A stretch of 52,311 nucleotides of DNA from Xanthobacteraceae bacterium (GCA_046714775.1 JBKKAF010000130.1:1-52311), one strand, 5' to 3'; shown: positions 8,809 to 18,762, numbered from the stretch's first letter. The notes: a model not told the origin generated them from the sequence alone. A program made the numbers and translations.

Positions 8809-8898
8809 ATTCCGGAAGCCGCGTAGCGGCTATCCGGAATCCATAGTCACGGTCTGTGATCATGGATTCCGGGCTCGCGCCTTCAGCGCGCCCCGGAA
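8809..8898. repeat. REP-like element: two hairpins with ATTCCGG...CCGGAAT arms
   Basis: ATTCCGGAAGCCGC-GTA-GCGGCTATCCGGAAT (8809-8840) and ATTCCGGGCTCGCGC-CTTCA-GCGCGCCCCGGAAT (8866-8898), between the purF stop and the SDR start. Confidence 0.6.
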
Positions 8899-8911
8899 TG
8901 ACTAGCAAGGA

Positions 8912-10396
8912 TCAACTCGCCTCCGCCAGCAGCGAGAGCTGGCGCGGCGAGGAGTCCTGCGCGGTCCGGTCGGTCAGCCCGGTCGGATACTCGCCGGTGA
9001 AGCAATGGTCGGTGAATTGCGGCCGCGCCGGATCGCGTCCCTCATAGCCCATCGCCCGGTAGATGCCGCCGACCGACAGGAAGGCGAGCGAGTCCGCTCC
9101 GATGAATTGCCGCATGCCTTCGAGGTCGTGGGTGGCGGCGAGCAGCTTGTCGCGCTCCGGCGTATCGATGCCGTAATAGTCGGGATGGGTGATCGGCGGC
9201 GAGGCAATGCGGAAATGCACTTCCGTGGCGCCGGCGTCGCGCATCATCTGCACGATCTTGACCGAGGTGGTGCCGCGCACGATGGAATCGTCGATCAGCA
9301 CGATCCGCTTGCCGTTGACCACTGCGCGGTTGGCGCTGTGCTTGAGGCGAACGCCAAGCTGGCGGATGTGCTGGGTCGGCTCGATGAATGTGCGCCCGAC
9401 ATAGTGGTTACGGATGATGCCGAGTTCATAGGGAATGCCCGACGCCTGCGCATAGCCGATGGCCGCCGGGACGCCGGAATCCGGCACCGGAACGATCACG
9501 TCGGCGCTGGCCGGCGCCTCGCGCGCCAGTTCCCCACCCATAGTCTTGCGCACGTCGTAGACGTTGCGCCCGCCCACGATCGAATCCGGGCGCGCGAAAT
9601 ACACGTATTCGAAGATGCAGGGCCGCGGCGCCATCGGCGGGAACGGCTTGTGCGAATGTGCGCCGTCCTCATCGAACACCACGACCTCGCCGTTCTCGAC
9701 GTCGCGCACGTATTTGGCGCCGATGATGTCGAGCGCGCAGGTCTCCGACGCGAGGATCGGGCAGCCGTCGAGCCGGCCGATCACCAGCGGCCGGATGCCA
9801 AGCGGATCGCGCGCGCCCACGAGCTTCTTGTTGGTCAGGCCGACAAAGGCATAGGCGCCTTCCAGCGCCCGTAATCCCTCGATGAAGCGGTCGATGAAGC
9901 GGTTGCGGCTGGCGCGCGCCACCAGATGCAGGATCACCTCGGTATCGGTGGTGGACTGCATCATGGCGCCGTCGCGCACCAACTGGCGGCGCAGCGTGAG
10001 CCCGTTGGTCAGGTTGCCGTTGTGCCCGATGGCGAAACCGCCGGCGTCGAGCTCGGCGAACAGCGGCTGCACGTTGCGCAGGATGGTTTCCCCGGTGGTC
10101 GAGTAGCGCACATGGCCGATGGCGGCCATCCCGGGCAGGCGGTCGATCACCTCGCGGCGGGAGAAGTTGTCGCCGACCAAGCCCATGCGCCGCTCGGAAT
10201 GAAACCGGCTGCCGTCGAACGACACGATGCCGGCGGCTTCCTGGCCGCGATGCTGGAGCGCATGCAGACCGAGCGCGGTAATGGCCGCCGCGTCGGGATG
10301 CCCGAAAATTCCGAACACGCCGCATTCCTCGCGCAGCCGGTCGTCATCGACGTCAACGGGCCCGTGCTTGCTCGGCAGTCCGGTCATGTCGTTCAT
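8912..10396 (-). CDS. purF: amidophosphoribosyltransferase
   Basis: Ntn-type catalytic Cys context REECGVFGIFGH and PRPP-binding VLIDDSIVRGTT. Full-length (494 aa). Confidence 0.95.
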   Translation of the reverse strand: MNDMTGLPSKHGPVDVDDDRLREECGVFGIFGHPDAAAITALGLHALQHRGQEAAGIVSFDGSRFHSERRMGLVGDNFSRREVIDRLPGMAAIGHVRYSTTGETILRNVQPLFAELDAGGFAIGHNGNLTNGLTLRRQLVRDGAMMQSTTDTEVILHLVARASRNRFIDRFIEGLRALEGAYAFVGLTNKKLVGARDPLGIRPLVIGRLDGCPILASETCALDIIGAKYVRDVENGEVVVFDEDGAHSHKPFPPMAPRPCIFEYVYFARPDSIVGGRNVYDVRKTMGGELAREAPASADVIVPVPDSGVPAAIGYAQASGIPYELGIIRNHYVGRTFIEPTQHIRQLGVRLKHSANRAVVNGKRIVLIDDSIVRGTTSVKIVQMMRDAGATEVHFRIASPPITHPDYYGIDTPERDKLLAATHDLEGMRQFIGADSLAFLSVGGIYRAMGYEGRDPARPQFTDHCFTGEYPTGLTDRTAQDSSPRQLSLLAEAS

Positions 10397-10409
10397 CGAG
10401 TTTCCTGCA

Positions 10410-11069
10410 TCACCGTGTGGTCGCTCTGCCGTCGATCAGTTGCTGCATGCCGCGGCGGTCGGCGGGCCCGTAACCTGCGGTTTCGCCGGCGGGCGCGCCA
10501 AGATTGGAACGCTGGTCGGGCGGCGCCTCCGGCGCCGGCTCGCCCTCGTCGGTGCGCGGACGCCGCAACCGCCTCAAGATGGTGCTCTCGGGGTCATCCG
10601 GCAACATCGACATCAGCCAATCGCCGGTGCTTTGCAGCACCACTTTGGATTTGGCATTGGCCACCCAACTGGGCTGCGTGCGCGGCGGCACCAGCCAGGC
10701 GAAGAACAGGAATGCCACCACGACGATGATCAGGCCGCGGCCGAGCCCGAACACGAAACCAAGCGTACGGTCGAGTGCGCCGACGCGGCTGTCGAGCACC
10801 ATGTCGGAGAACCGCACGGTGATGACCGATACCACCAGCAAGGTGACCAGGAAGGTGCCGGCGATCACTACGCCGGTCGCCACGATATCGTTGTTGAAAT
10901 ACGTCTTTGCGAACGGCAGCAGCCGCGAATAGCCGTACAGCGTCGCCAGCGCCGCGATCACCCAGGCGGCGATCGACAGGATTTCACGCATGAAGCCGCG
11001 GATCATCGCGAGCAGCGCCGAGACCAGCATGACGCCGAGCAGGATGACGTCGAGGAGCGTGATGGGCAT
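10410..11069 (-). CDS. cvpA: CvpA-family membrane protein
   Basis: N-terminal MPITLLDVILLGVMLVSALLAMIRGF, 4 TM segments, and the classical cvpA-purF gene order. Confidence 0.85.
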   Translation of the reverse strand: MPITLLDVILLGVMLVSALLAMIRGFMREILSIAAWVIAALATLYGYSRLLPFAKTYFNNDIVATGVVIAGTFLVTLLVVSVITVRFSDMVLDSRVGALDRTLGFVFGLGRGLIIVVVAFLFFAWLVPPRTQPSWVANAKSKVVLQSTGDWLMSMLPDDPESTILRRLRRPRTDEGEPAPEAPPDQRSNLGAPAGETAGYGPADRRGMQQLIDGRATTR

Positions 11070-11408
11070 GCTTTAAGTCCGGTCCTCTCGCGCGGGCGCC
11101 CGGTCGAATCGGCGTCGCTCGGGGCTCCTACCTGACCTGCCGCGCCGGGCGTCGGCAAGACCTCGGCAGGATTGCCTCAACTGATTAATTTTCCTGCCTT
11201 ATTTGCTTGCTCGCGGCCGCCGGCAGACGGGTTTATCCCGCTGCCGCGGGCTGTATAGCGGGCCGGGGCGGGGCCGTCACCCGTCTTGTTGGCTGGGCAG
11301 GTTTGGCGCGGCGTCCGATTGCCGGGAAACGCCGTGACGGGCCACGTTGTGGATGTATTGGACCACCACAATTCGGCAGCGCACGGCGCGCCGAGGGCGT
11401 CGTCGTGC

Positions 11409-12821
11409 CTATTCGGCGGCGCGGTTTGGTGCGCGGGCGGATTTGGTGCCGCGCGCCGCGATGTCGGCGACCAGACTGGCGAGGTTGGCGACCGGCTGCA
11501 GCGTGAGGCCGGTCTCATAGGCGCCTTCGCCGCGCGCGGCCTCGGGCACGACCGCGCGGACAAAGCCGAGCTTGGCCGCTTCCTTCAGCCGGGCCGCCGC
11601 CTGCGCCACCGGACGTACCGCGCCGGACAGTGAAATCTCGCCGAAAAACACGCCGTCCGCCGGCAACGGTGCATTGGTGAGCGAAGAGATCAGCGCCGCG
11701 GCGGCGGCGAGGTCGGCCGCCGGTTCCTGGATGCGCAACCCGCCCGCCACGTTCAGATAGACGTCATGGCCCGACAGCCTTACCCCGCAATGGGCTTCCA
11801 GCACCGCCAGCACCATTGAAAGCCGGCTCTGGTCCCAGCCGACCACGGCGCGGCGCGGGGTGCCGAGGGAGGTGGGGGCGACCAACGCCTGGATTTCCAC
11901 CAGCAACGGCCGGCTGCCCTCGATGCCGGCGAAGACCGCGGTGCCGGGACTGCCGAGGTCGCGCTCGGACAGGAACAGCTCCGAGGGATTGGCGACCTCG
12001 GCCAAGCCCGCGCCGGTCATTTCGAACACGCCGATCTCGTCGGTCGGGCCGAAGCGGTTCTTGACCGCGCGCAGGATACGGAACTGGTGCGAGCCTTCAC
12101 CTTCAAACGACAGCACGGCATCGACCATGTGCTCGACCACGCGCGGGCCGGCGATCTGGCCGTCCTTGGTGACGTGGCCGACCAGGATGACGGCGGCGCC
12201 GCCGCGTTTGGCGAAGCGGATGAGCGCCTGGGCGCTGCCGCGCACCTGGGTGACGGTGCCGGGCGCCGAATCCACCCCATCAGTCCACATGGTCTGGATG
12301 GAGTCGATGATGACGAGGCGAGGGGGCGCGTGTTCGCCCAGCGTTGCAATAATGTCTTCAACCGAAGTCTCAGCCGCCAGCTCGACCTTGGCGCCGCTCA
12401 GGCCGAGCCTTTCCGCACGCAACCGGACCTGTGCGACGGCTTCTTCACCTGAAATGTAAACGGAGCGGTGGCCGGATTTGGCCAGCGCGGCCGCGACCTG
12501 GATCAGCAGGGTCGACTTGCCGATACCGGGATCGCCGCCCAGAAGCAGCACCGAACCGCGCACGAAACCACCGCCGGTGACGCGGTCGAACTCGGCTACG
12601 CCGGAGGCGAGCCGCGGCGCGTCCTGCGCTTCGCCCGCCAGCGGCTCCAGCGCGAACAGGCGCCCCTTGCGCGGCGCGCGTCCGGGAGTCGGTGGCCGGG
12701 TGGCGGCGGCGCCTTCCTCGGAGATGGTGTTCCACTCACCGCAGGCCTCGCACTTGCCCTGCCAGCGTCCATAGGCTGCGCCGCAATTCTGGCAGACAAA
12801 GCTTTCGGGGCGACGAGCCAT
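11409..12821 (-). CDS. radA: DNA repair protein RadA
   Basis: Zinc finger CQNCGAAYGRWQGKCEACGEW, Walker A GGDPGIGKST, KNRFG motif, Lon-protease-like C-terminus. Start set at ATG 12821 (MARRPESFVC). Confidence 0.93.
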   Translation of the reverse strand: MARRPESFVCQNCGAAYGRWQGKCEACGEWNTISEEGAAATRPPTPGRAPRKGRLFALEPLAGEAQDAPRLASGVAEFDRVTGGGFVRGSVLLLGGDPGIGKSTLLIQVAAALAKSGHRSVYISGEEAVAQVRLRAERLGLSGAKVELAAETSVEDIIATLGEHAPPRLVIIDSIQTMWTDGVDSAPGTVTQVRGSAQALIRFAKRGGAAVILVGHVTKDGQIAGPRVVEHMVDAVLSFEGEGSHQFRILRAVKNRFGPTDEIGVFEMTGAGLAEVANPSELFLSERDLGSPGTAVFAGIEGSRPLLVEIQALVAPTSLGTPRRAVVGWDQSRLSMVLAVLEAHCGVRLSGHDVYLNVAGGLRIQEPAADLAAAAALISSLTNAPLPADGVFFGEISLSGAVRPVAQAAARLKEAAKLGFVRAVVPEAARGEGAYETGLTLQPVANLASLVADIAARGTKSARAPNRAAE

Positions 12822-12877
12822 GACCATTCGCGCCGTGCGCGTCTCCAAGTTTTCGCTGCTTCGCACGCCGACAGGAG

Positions 12878-14047
12878 TTAACTGCCCTTATAGATTCGGT
12901 GATGACGCCTGCCCAGGCTGGTCAACACCTCGTAGCCGATAGTGCCCAAGGCTGTGCCCAGCTCATCGACGCCGGTATCGCCGCCGATCAACGTGACCAG
13001 ATCGCCACGGCGGACGGCGCTGTCGGACAGATCGCTGACGTCGAGCGCAAAAAGATCCATCGAGACGCGTCCGACAATGGGGCAGGGCTTGCCGCCGACG
13101 ATCACCGTGGCCGCCGCCTTGCCCTTGCCGGCGCCGGCGGAACGCAGAAATCCGTCGCCATAGCCGACCGCGACAATGGCGAGCCGTGTGGTGCGCGGCG
13201 CGGTCCAGCTCGCGCCATAGCCCACCGTGTCGCCGCGTTTGACGCTGCGCACTTGCACGATGCGGCCCTTGAGTTCGACCACCGGACGCATGGGGTTTTT
13301 GCGGCCCGGAGTAGGATTGCCGCCGAACAGCGCGATGCCGGGACGCACCAGGTCGCAATGCACGGTGCCGCCGAGAAAGATGCCCGATGAATTGGCGAGC
13401 GACGACGACAGGCCGCGGAACATGATGCGGATGTCGCGAAACAATCGGATCTGGCGGTCATTCATCGGATGATCGGGCGTTTCGGCGCAGGCCAGATGAC
13501 TCATCAGTAGCGTGAAGCCATGAGTTTCCGATTGCAGGCGCTGTGCCACGGCGGCGGCCTCATCCGTTGTGATGCCGAGCCGGTTCATGCCGGTATCGAC
13601 CTGCAGGGCCGCGCCGCCGCGCCAATTCTTGGCCGCGACGAAACTGTCCCACTCGGCAAGTTCCGTGGTGCTGTTGATGACCGGGCGTAGGTTGGCATCG
13701 GCAAGCGCCGGACCGGTGTTCGGCAGCACGCCGTTGAGCACGTAGATCACTGCCGTCGGCGCAAGGGCGCGCACGCGGCGGCCTTCGGCGATGTCGGCGA
13801 CGAAGAAGGTCCTGCACCCGGCCTTGGCCAGCGTCGTGGTAACCTGATCGATCCCGCAGCCATAGCCGTCGCTCTTGACCACGGCCGCGCATTCCACCGG
13901 CACGGTCATGCCGGCGAGTTTCTTCCAATTGGCCTCGATCGCAGACAGATCGATGGTCAGAACGCCACCGGCCTCGGCGGGGCCGGGCGCCGCCGCTTGC
14001 GCGGATTCTTGCACCGATTCTTGCACGGGCGCGTCTTGAACGGACAT
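12878..14047 (-). CDS. alr: alanine racemase
   Basis: PLP-lysine motif AVVKSDGYGCG and C-terminal GRVSMD...YE. Start set at ATG 14047 (MSVQD); ORF-track start at 14116 is possible but not conserved-looking. Confidence 0.9.
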   Translation of the reverse strand: MSVQDAPVQESVQESAQAAAPGPAEAGGVLTIDLSAIEANWKKLAGMTVPVECAAVVKSDGYGCGIDQVTTTLAKAGCRTFFVADIAEGRRVRALAPTAVIYVLNGVLPNTGPALADANLRPVINSTTELAEWDSFVAAKNWRGGAALQVDTGMNRLGITTDEAAAVAQRLQSETHGFTLLMSHLACAETPDHPMNDRQIRLFRDIRIMFRGLSSSLANSSGIFLGGTVHCDLVRPGIALFGGNPTPGRKNPMRPVVELKGRIVQVRSVKRGDTVGYGASWTAPRTTRLAIVAVGYGDGFLRSAGAGKGKAAATVIVGGKPCPIVGRVSMDLFALDVSDLSDSAVRRGDLVTLIGGDTGVDELGTALGTIGYEVLTSLGRRHHRIYKGS

Positions 14048-14226
14048 GGGGCCTGTTATGCCCGGCCTTGCCGTTATCGTCCACAAGGGACGTTTTGCGC
14101 CGAACCGCCACCTCACAAGCAGCTGCCGAGGTCACAAGCTAGTCATCGCCCCAGTTCAGACTTGACTTGGTTTTGCGGTCTTTCGACCTTGGTGCGTCGT
14201 CGCAATCGCCGTTCCGGGAGGCGAAA

Positions 14227-15000
14227 ATGGGTAGTCGAAGGCTGGGTCGGGCGTTGGTCTTTCTTGGGATCCTCGCGATCACCGTCAGCATGGCGTGGTG
14301 GGCGTCCTACTACAATCAAGTCATCGGCTCGTTCGGGGAAAAGCCGCCGCTGACCCATGCCCTGTATTGCATCCTGTATACCACCGACGCATGCGCGCAG
14401 GCACAGGCTGCCGCAAAGCTGCCCGTCCAGTTTCCCTTTCCCCCGTACAACCCTTTGGCTGCGTGGTTTGCGATTGCAATTCTCGTCCTAGGCCTGGTTG
14501 TTGTTGCGCGCAGCGCGAGTAGCGAGCCCGCCCCGGTCACGCCGGCCGGCGAGCCGAAACTCTTCATTCCGAAGCTTGAACCGGTCTACGCCTGGACCCG
14601 CGATCTGTCCTGGCCGCTGATCCGCATCACACTGGGATTGAGCTTGTTTTATTTCGGCGCGGTGAAGGTGCTCTACTCCAGCATCCCCATCTTTGCCGCC
14701 GGTAGCATGGCGCGGCGCGGCCTCGAGCCTTCGGTGATCTTCGCCTACATCATCTTCTTCAACGAGGCGATCGGCTCTCTGCTGTTGGCGCTCGGCCTGT
14801 TTACCCGCTTCGTCGCCGCCTCGATCGCGATCGAGTTTTTCATGATCACTTTCTTCGCGCACTTTTCTTATGGGTTCGCCTGGAACAATGCGAGGGGCGG
14901 GTGGCTCTTTCCCTTGATGTTCGGAATTCTTGTTTTTGCCGTGTCCTTACGCGGCGGCGGGCCATATTCGCTCGACCGCCTGCTGCGCCGCGAGCTGTGA
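14227..15000 (+). CDS. DoxX-family membrane protein with extra N-terminal TM domain
   Basis: GGGAGG upstream of ATG 14227. The C-terminal half resembles DoxX (IRITLGLSLFYFGAVKV...FTRFVAASIAIEFFMITF...GGGPYSLD). Confidence 0.6.
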   Translation: MGSRRLGRALVFLGILAITVSMAWWASYYNQVIGSFGEKPPLTHALYCILYTTDACAQAQAAAKLPVQFPFPPYNPLAAWFAIAILVLGLVVVARSASSEPAPVTPAGEPKLFIPKLEPVYAWTRDLSWPLIRITLGLSLFYFGAVKVLYSSIPIFAAGSMARRGLEPSVIFAYIIFFNEAIGSLLLALGLFTRFVAASIAIEFFMITFFAHFSYGFAWNNARGGWLFPLMFGILVFAVSLRGGGPYSLDRLLRREL

Positions 15001-15006
15001 TCGCAG

Positions 15007-16512
15007 CTAGAACCGGTCGGGGATCTGGTCCGGCACGTCGGCATCGCGGGCGAGATTGTCGAAGCGAGTGACGGCGGCGTCGAACTGCAGGCTGACGGTG
15101 CCGGTGGGTCCGTGACGCTGCTTGCCGATGATGATCTCGGCTTTGCCGTGGGCGGCATCCATCTCGGTCTGCCACTTGATGTGCTCATCGGTGCCCGGCC
15201 GCGGCTCCTTGTTGCTGAGGTAGTATTCCTCGCGGAACACGAACAGCACCACGTCGGCATCCTGCTCGATCGAGCCCGACTCGCGCAGATCGGAGAGTTG
15301 CGGACGTTTGTCGTCGCGGTTCTCCACCTGGCGCGACAATTGCGACAGCGCCACCACCGGCACGTTGAGCTCCTTGGCCAGCGCCTTGAGGTTGGTGGTG
15401 ATCTCGGTTACCTCCTGCACGCGGTTCTCTTGCGAACGACGCGACGAGCCTTGCAGGAGCTGGATGTAATCGATCACCAGCAGGTCGAGCCCGCGCTGGC
15501 GTTTGAGCCGGCGGGCACGCGCCGCCAGCTGCGCCACCGAAAGGCCGCCGGTCTCGTCGATGAAGAACGGCAGGTGCTGCAACTCGATCGCGACGTCCTT
15601 GATCTTCTCGAAGTCGCGCTCGCCGATGCCGCCGCGCCGGATGGTGCTCGATGGAATGCCGCTCTGCTCGGCGATGATACGGGTGGCGAGCTGCTCGGCC
15701 GACATTTCCAGCGAGAAGAATCCGACGATGCCGCCGTTCGTTGTCTCCATGTGGCCATCGGCGCGCGTCACACCGACATAAGCCTTCGCGACGTTGTAGG
15801 CGATGTTGGTGGCGAGCGCGGTCTTGCCCATGCCGGGACGGCCGGCGACGATGATCAGGTCGGAGGCCTGCAGCCCGCCCATCTTGCCGTCGAGGTCTTT
15901 CAGGGCGGTTGCCAACCCCGAGAGCTTGCCGTCCCGCATATAGGCGCGCGCCGCCATGTCGACGGCGGTGGTGAGCGCGGTCTCGAATTTCTGAAAGCCG
16001 CCGCCGTATTTTCCGATTTCCGCCAGTTCAAAGAGCCGCCGCTCGGCGTCCTCGATCTGGTCGCGCGGCGCGAAATCGACCGGCGCGTCGAACGCGACAT
16101 TGACCATGTCTTCGCCGATCTCGATCAGATCGCGCCGGACCGCGAGGTCGTAGACCGTGCGGCCGTAGTCCGCGGCATTGATGATGGTGGTGGCCTCCGC
16201 CGCCAGGCGGGCGAGGTATTGGGCAAGGGTAAGGCCTGCCACGTCGACATCGGCCGGCAGGAATGTCTTCAGCGTGACCGGTGAGGCGAGCTTGCCGGTC
16301 CTGATCAGGCTACGCGCGGTGTCATAGATCTTCTGGTGCAGGGGCTCGAAGAAATGCCCGGGTTCCAGGAAGTCGGTGACGCGATAGAGCGCTTCGTTAT
16401 TGACCAATATCGCGCCCAACAGCGCCTGCTCCGCCTCGATATTGTGCGGCGCGGTGCGATATTGCGGCGTGGCGTCGTCCGCCAGTTTGCGTGCAATCGA
16501 TTCGACGGCCAT
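15007..16512 (-). CDS. dnaB: replicative DNA helicase DnaB
   Basis: N-terminal PHNIEAEQALLGAIL, Walker A AGRPGMGKTA, SLEMS, QLSR. 501 aa. Confidence 0.95.
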   Translation of the reverse strand: MAVESIARKLADDATPQYRTAPHNIEAEQALLGAILVNNEALYRVTDFLEPGHFFEPLHQKIYDTARSLIRTGKLASPVTLKTFLPADVDVAGLTLAQYLARLAAEATTIINAADYGRTVYDLAVRRDLIEIGEDMVNVAFDAPVDFAPRDQIEDAERRLFELAEIGKYGGGFQKFETALTTAVDMAARAYMRDGKLSGLATALKDLDGKMGGLQASDLIIVAGRPGMGKTALATNIAYNVAKAYVGVTRADGHMETTNGGIVGFFSLEMSAEQLATRIIAEQSGIPSSTIRRGGIGERDFEKIKDVAIELQHLPFFIDETGGLSVAQLAARARRLKRQRGLDLLVIDYIQLLQGSSRRSQENRVQEVTEITTNLKALAKELNVPVVALSQLSRQVENRDDKRPQLSDLRESGSIEQDADVVLFVFREEYYLSNKEPRPGTDEHIKWQTEMDAAHGKAEIIIGKQRHGPTGTVSLQFDAAVTRFDNLARDADVPDQIPDRF

Positions 16513-16721
16513 GGCCTTCCAGTGTTTTGATTTTTATGACGAGAGCGAGGCACGCCACTGACGCGAAACGAGCGACGCAGAGCGACATGGAGAGGTGGCA
16601 ATTAGAGGGCAGGGCGGGGCAAAGGGAAGCGGCCTTTGCACATGTCCCCGCTATTACCGGCTGTGGAATTTGTTGCCAATCGTGTCTTGACGATCCGGAT
16701 CGGTAGTCAAGGACGGCAGAA

Positions 16722-17969
16722 TCACTCGCCTGCGAGCCGCAGCGGCGGCCGCTGGCCGCCTTCCAGCGCGCGCAGCCGCGCCGTTTCGTGGTTAATATAG
16801 TCGCGGGTCATCGGGACGATGCCCTGCCGCTTGGTCAGCTGCAGCTGGAACACCATCAGCGCCTGCTCCCGGAACGCGATCTCCGAGGCGGCCAGATAGA
16901 ATTCCCACATCCGGCAGAAGCGGGCGTCGTAGATGCGCTCCACCTGCTCCCGATGCGCCAGGAAGCGTTCGCGCCAGGCCTTGAGCGTTTCCGCGTAATG
17001 CAGCCGGAGGATTTCGATGTCGGCAACCAGCAGGCCCGCACGCTCAATCGCAGGCAGCACCTCCGACAGCGCCGGAATGTAGCCGCCCGGGAAGATGTAT
17101 TTCGAGATCCACGGATTGGTGATGTTGGGACCTTCCGAGCGACCGATCGAATGCAGCAGCATCACGCCGTCGCCGTCGAGCAGCGCGGCGCATTTGCGAA
17201 AGAACGTGTCGTAGTAGCCGACGCCGACATGCTCGAACATGCCCACCGAGACGATGCGATCGAATATGCCGGTGACGTCGCGGTAGTCCTGAAGAGCGAA
17301 CGCGACCCGCCCCGATAATCCCTTTTCAGCGGCGCGCACGCGTGCGAGCGCGAGCTGCTCGTGCGAGAGCGTGATGCCCTGAACACGTGCGCCGCTCAGT
17401 TCGGCCAGATAAAGCGCGAGTCCGCCCCAGCCGCAGCCGATGTCGAGCACGCGCTGCCCGGGGTTGATCAGGAGCTTGGCCGCCAGATGACGCTTCTTGG
17501 CGAGCTGAGCGTCGTCGAGCGACTGGTCCGGCTGCTCGAAATAGGCGCAGCTATATTGCCGGTCGGCGTCCAGAAAGAGGGAATAGAGCTGACCATCGAG
17601 ATCGTAGTGATGAGCGACGTTGCGGTACGCCCGCCGCCGGCGGTTGAATTGCTGCAGACGCCGATAGAGATATCGCAGCAACCATTGCGGCCGCGCCCAG
17701 CGCGGCGGGTTGGCCTGACCGAGCAATACGACGAGCGCATCGACGATCGAGCCCTGCTCGACCACGAAGGTGCCGTTCATATAGGCTTCGCCCAGCCGAA
17801 ATTCGGGGTCGAGCAGCACGCGCCATTCCGCAACCGGGGTGGTGAAGCGGACCGCGACCGGCTTGCCGGTGCCGTCGCCAGCCCCAAACGTGGCGCCGCG
17901 CGCGGTGGTGAGCTGAAAATGCCCCCTGCGGACGAACGTCTGCAGTGCCCATCGAAGCAACCGATCCAT
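16722..17969 (-). CDS. cfa: cyclopropane-fatty-acyl-phospholipid synthase-family SAM methyltransferase
   Basis: SAM motif VLDIGCGWGGLALYLA, FDRIVSVGMFEHVG, YIFPGG. Start set at ATG 17969 (MDRLLRW). Confidence 0.85.
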   Translation of the reverse strand: MDRLLRWALQTFVRRGHFQLTTARGATFGAGDGTGKPVAVRFTTPVAEWRVLLDPEFRLGEAYMNGTFVVEQGSIVDALVVLLGQANPPRWARPQWLLRYLYRRLQQFNRRRRAYRNVAHHYDLDGQLYSLFLDADRQYSCAYFEQPDQSLDDAQLAKKRHLAAKLLINPGQRVLDIGCGWGGLALYLAELSGARVQGITLSHEQLALARVRAAEKGLSGRVAFALQDYRDVTGIFDRIVSVGMFEHVGVGYYDTFFRKCAALLDGDGVMLLHSIGRSEGPNITNPWISKYIFPGGYIPALSEVLPAIERAGLLVADIEILRLHYAETLKAWRERFLAHREQVERIYDARFCRMWEFYLAASEIAFREQALMVFQLQLTKRQGIVPMTRDYINHETARLRALEGGQRPPLRLAGE

Positions 17970-18208
17970 CGGCCGCCTCCGCCAATCACCCAACCAGTCG
18001 CCACGCCGCCGACATAATTGGCGTCCACCCGGCAGTGGGGCGACGAAAACCCGTTCATTTAAACAAAATCGCGCCGCGGCGGCAATGATATACCGCAAGT
18101 CTAGGACCTATCGAGAACCCGGGGGCAACCGCACCCTTGTGGTCGCATCAAGCGATCCTTCGGCTACAATCGGGTTTAGCAGCCCTGCCGGGAGCTGACA
18201 CGGAGGTC

Positions 18209-18760
18209 ATGGTGTTGAAGGCTGGGCGAATTGCGCTGCTGATGATGGGCGTTGCGGCTGGGGTTCTGGTCGCGAAGGCCAACGCGCAGATTGGCAATCT
18301 CGATGCCGGCAAGACGCCTGCGCAGGTTTTCGCCACCACCTGCTCCGGCTGCCATCGCAATGCGCGCGAGCTCAGGCGCGCCGGCGCAAGTTTCCTGCGA
18401 TCGCATTACACCGCCGGCCGCGAAGAGGCGGCCGCTATGGCCTCCTACCTGTCCGGCCTGCCGCCGGAGCCGAAAGCCGATCCGAAACGCACGGCGACCC
18501 CCGCGCCCGGACAGCCGCGTCGCGAACCCGGCGAGCAAGCCAAATCGAATAGTCAGGCGCCGGCAGGACAAACGCGGCCGTCCGGCAAAGCGCAGCCGGG
18601 CCAAACCGCGGCTGCGCGAAAACGCCTGCAGCAGATGGATGCCGAAGAGCAAAAGCAGACCGCCGCGGTGCCAGCGGCTGCGCCGGTGCCGGTCGCGATG
18701 GACTTGCCGGAAACGTCCAGCAGCCCACCCCCGGCCGTGCTTCCACCGATGGAAGAGTAG
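18209..18760 (+). CDS. secreted protein with a single CxxCH haem-c motif and a long P/A/Q-rich tail
   Basis: GGAGG 2 nt before ATG 18209. Signal-like LLMMGVAAGVLVAKANA. CSGCH with a downstream Met (AAAMASYL). The roughly 120-aa C-terminal part is low complexity. Confidence 0.5.
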   Translation: MVLKAGRIALLMMGVAAGVLVAKANAQIGNLDAGKTPAQVFATTCSGCHRNARELRRAGASFLRSHYTAGREEAAAMASYLSGLPPEPKADPKRTATPAPGQPRREPGEQAKSNSQAPAGQTRPSGKAQPGQTAAARKRLQQMDAEEQKQTAAVPAAAPVPVAMDLPETSSSPPPAVLPPMEE

Positions 18761-18762
18761 AG

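Noticed and set aside
8856-9047. 63-aa ORF (MIMDSGLAPSARPGMTSKD...), and the N-terminal (5') portion of ORF 2418-2789 (MRPHASRRRLRRLLSMRS...).
   Set aside because: Both begin in REP-like palindromic repeats and run antisense into neighbouring real genes (purF and prfC respectively). These are typical repeat-derived artefacts.
11165-11210. GGCAGGA-N19-TCCTGCC hairpin followed by TTATTTGCTT on the plus strand, in the radA-cvpA spacer. Considered as the terminator of an unannotated plus-strand sRNA.
   Set aside because: The 7-bp stem with a 19-nt loop is weak. There is no upstream plus-strand promoter or gene, and on the transcribed minus strand no U-tract follows it.
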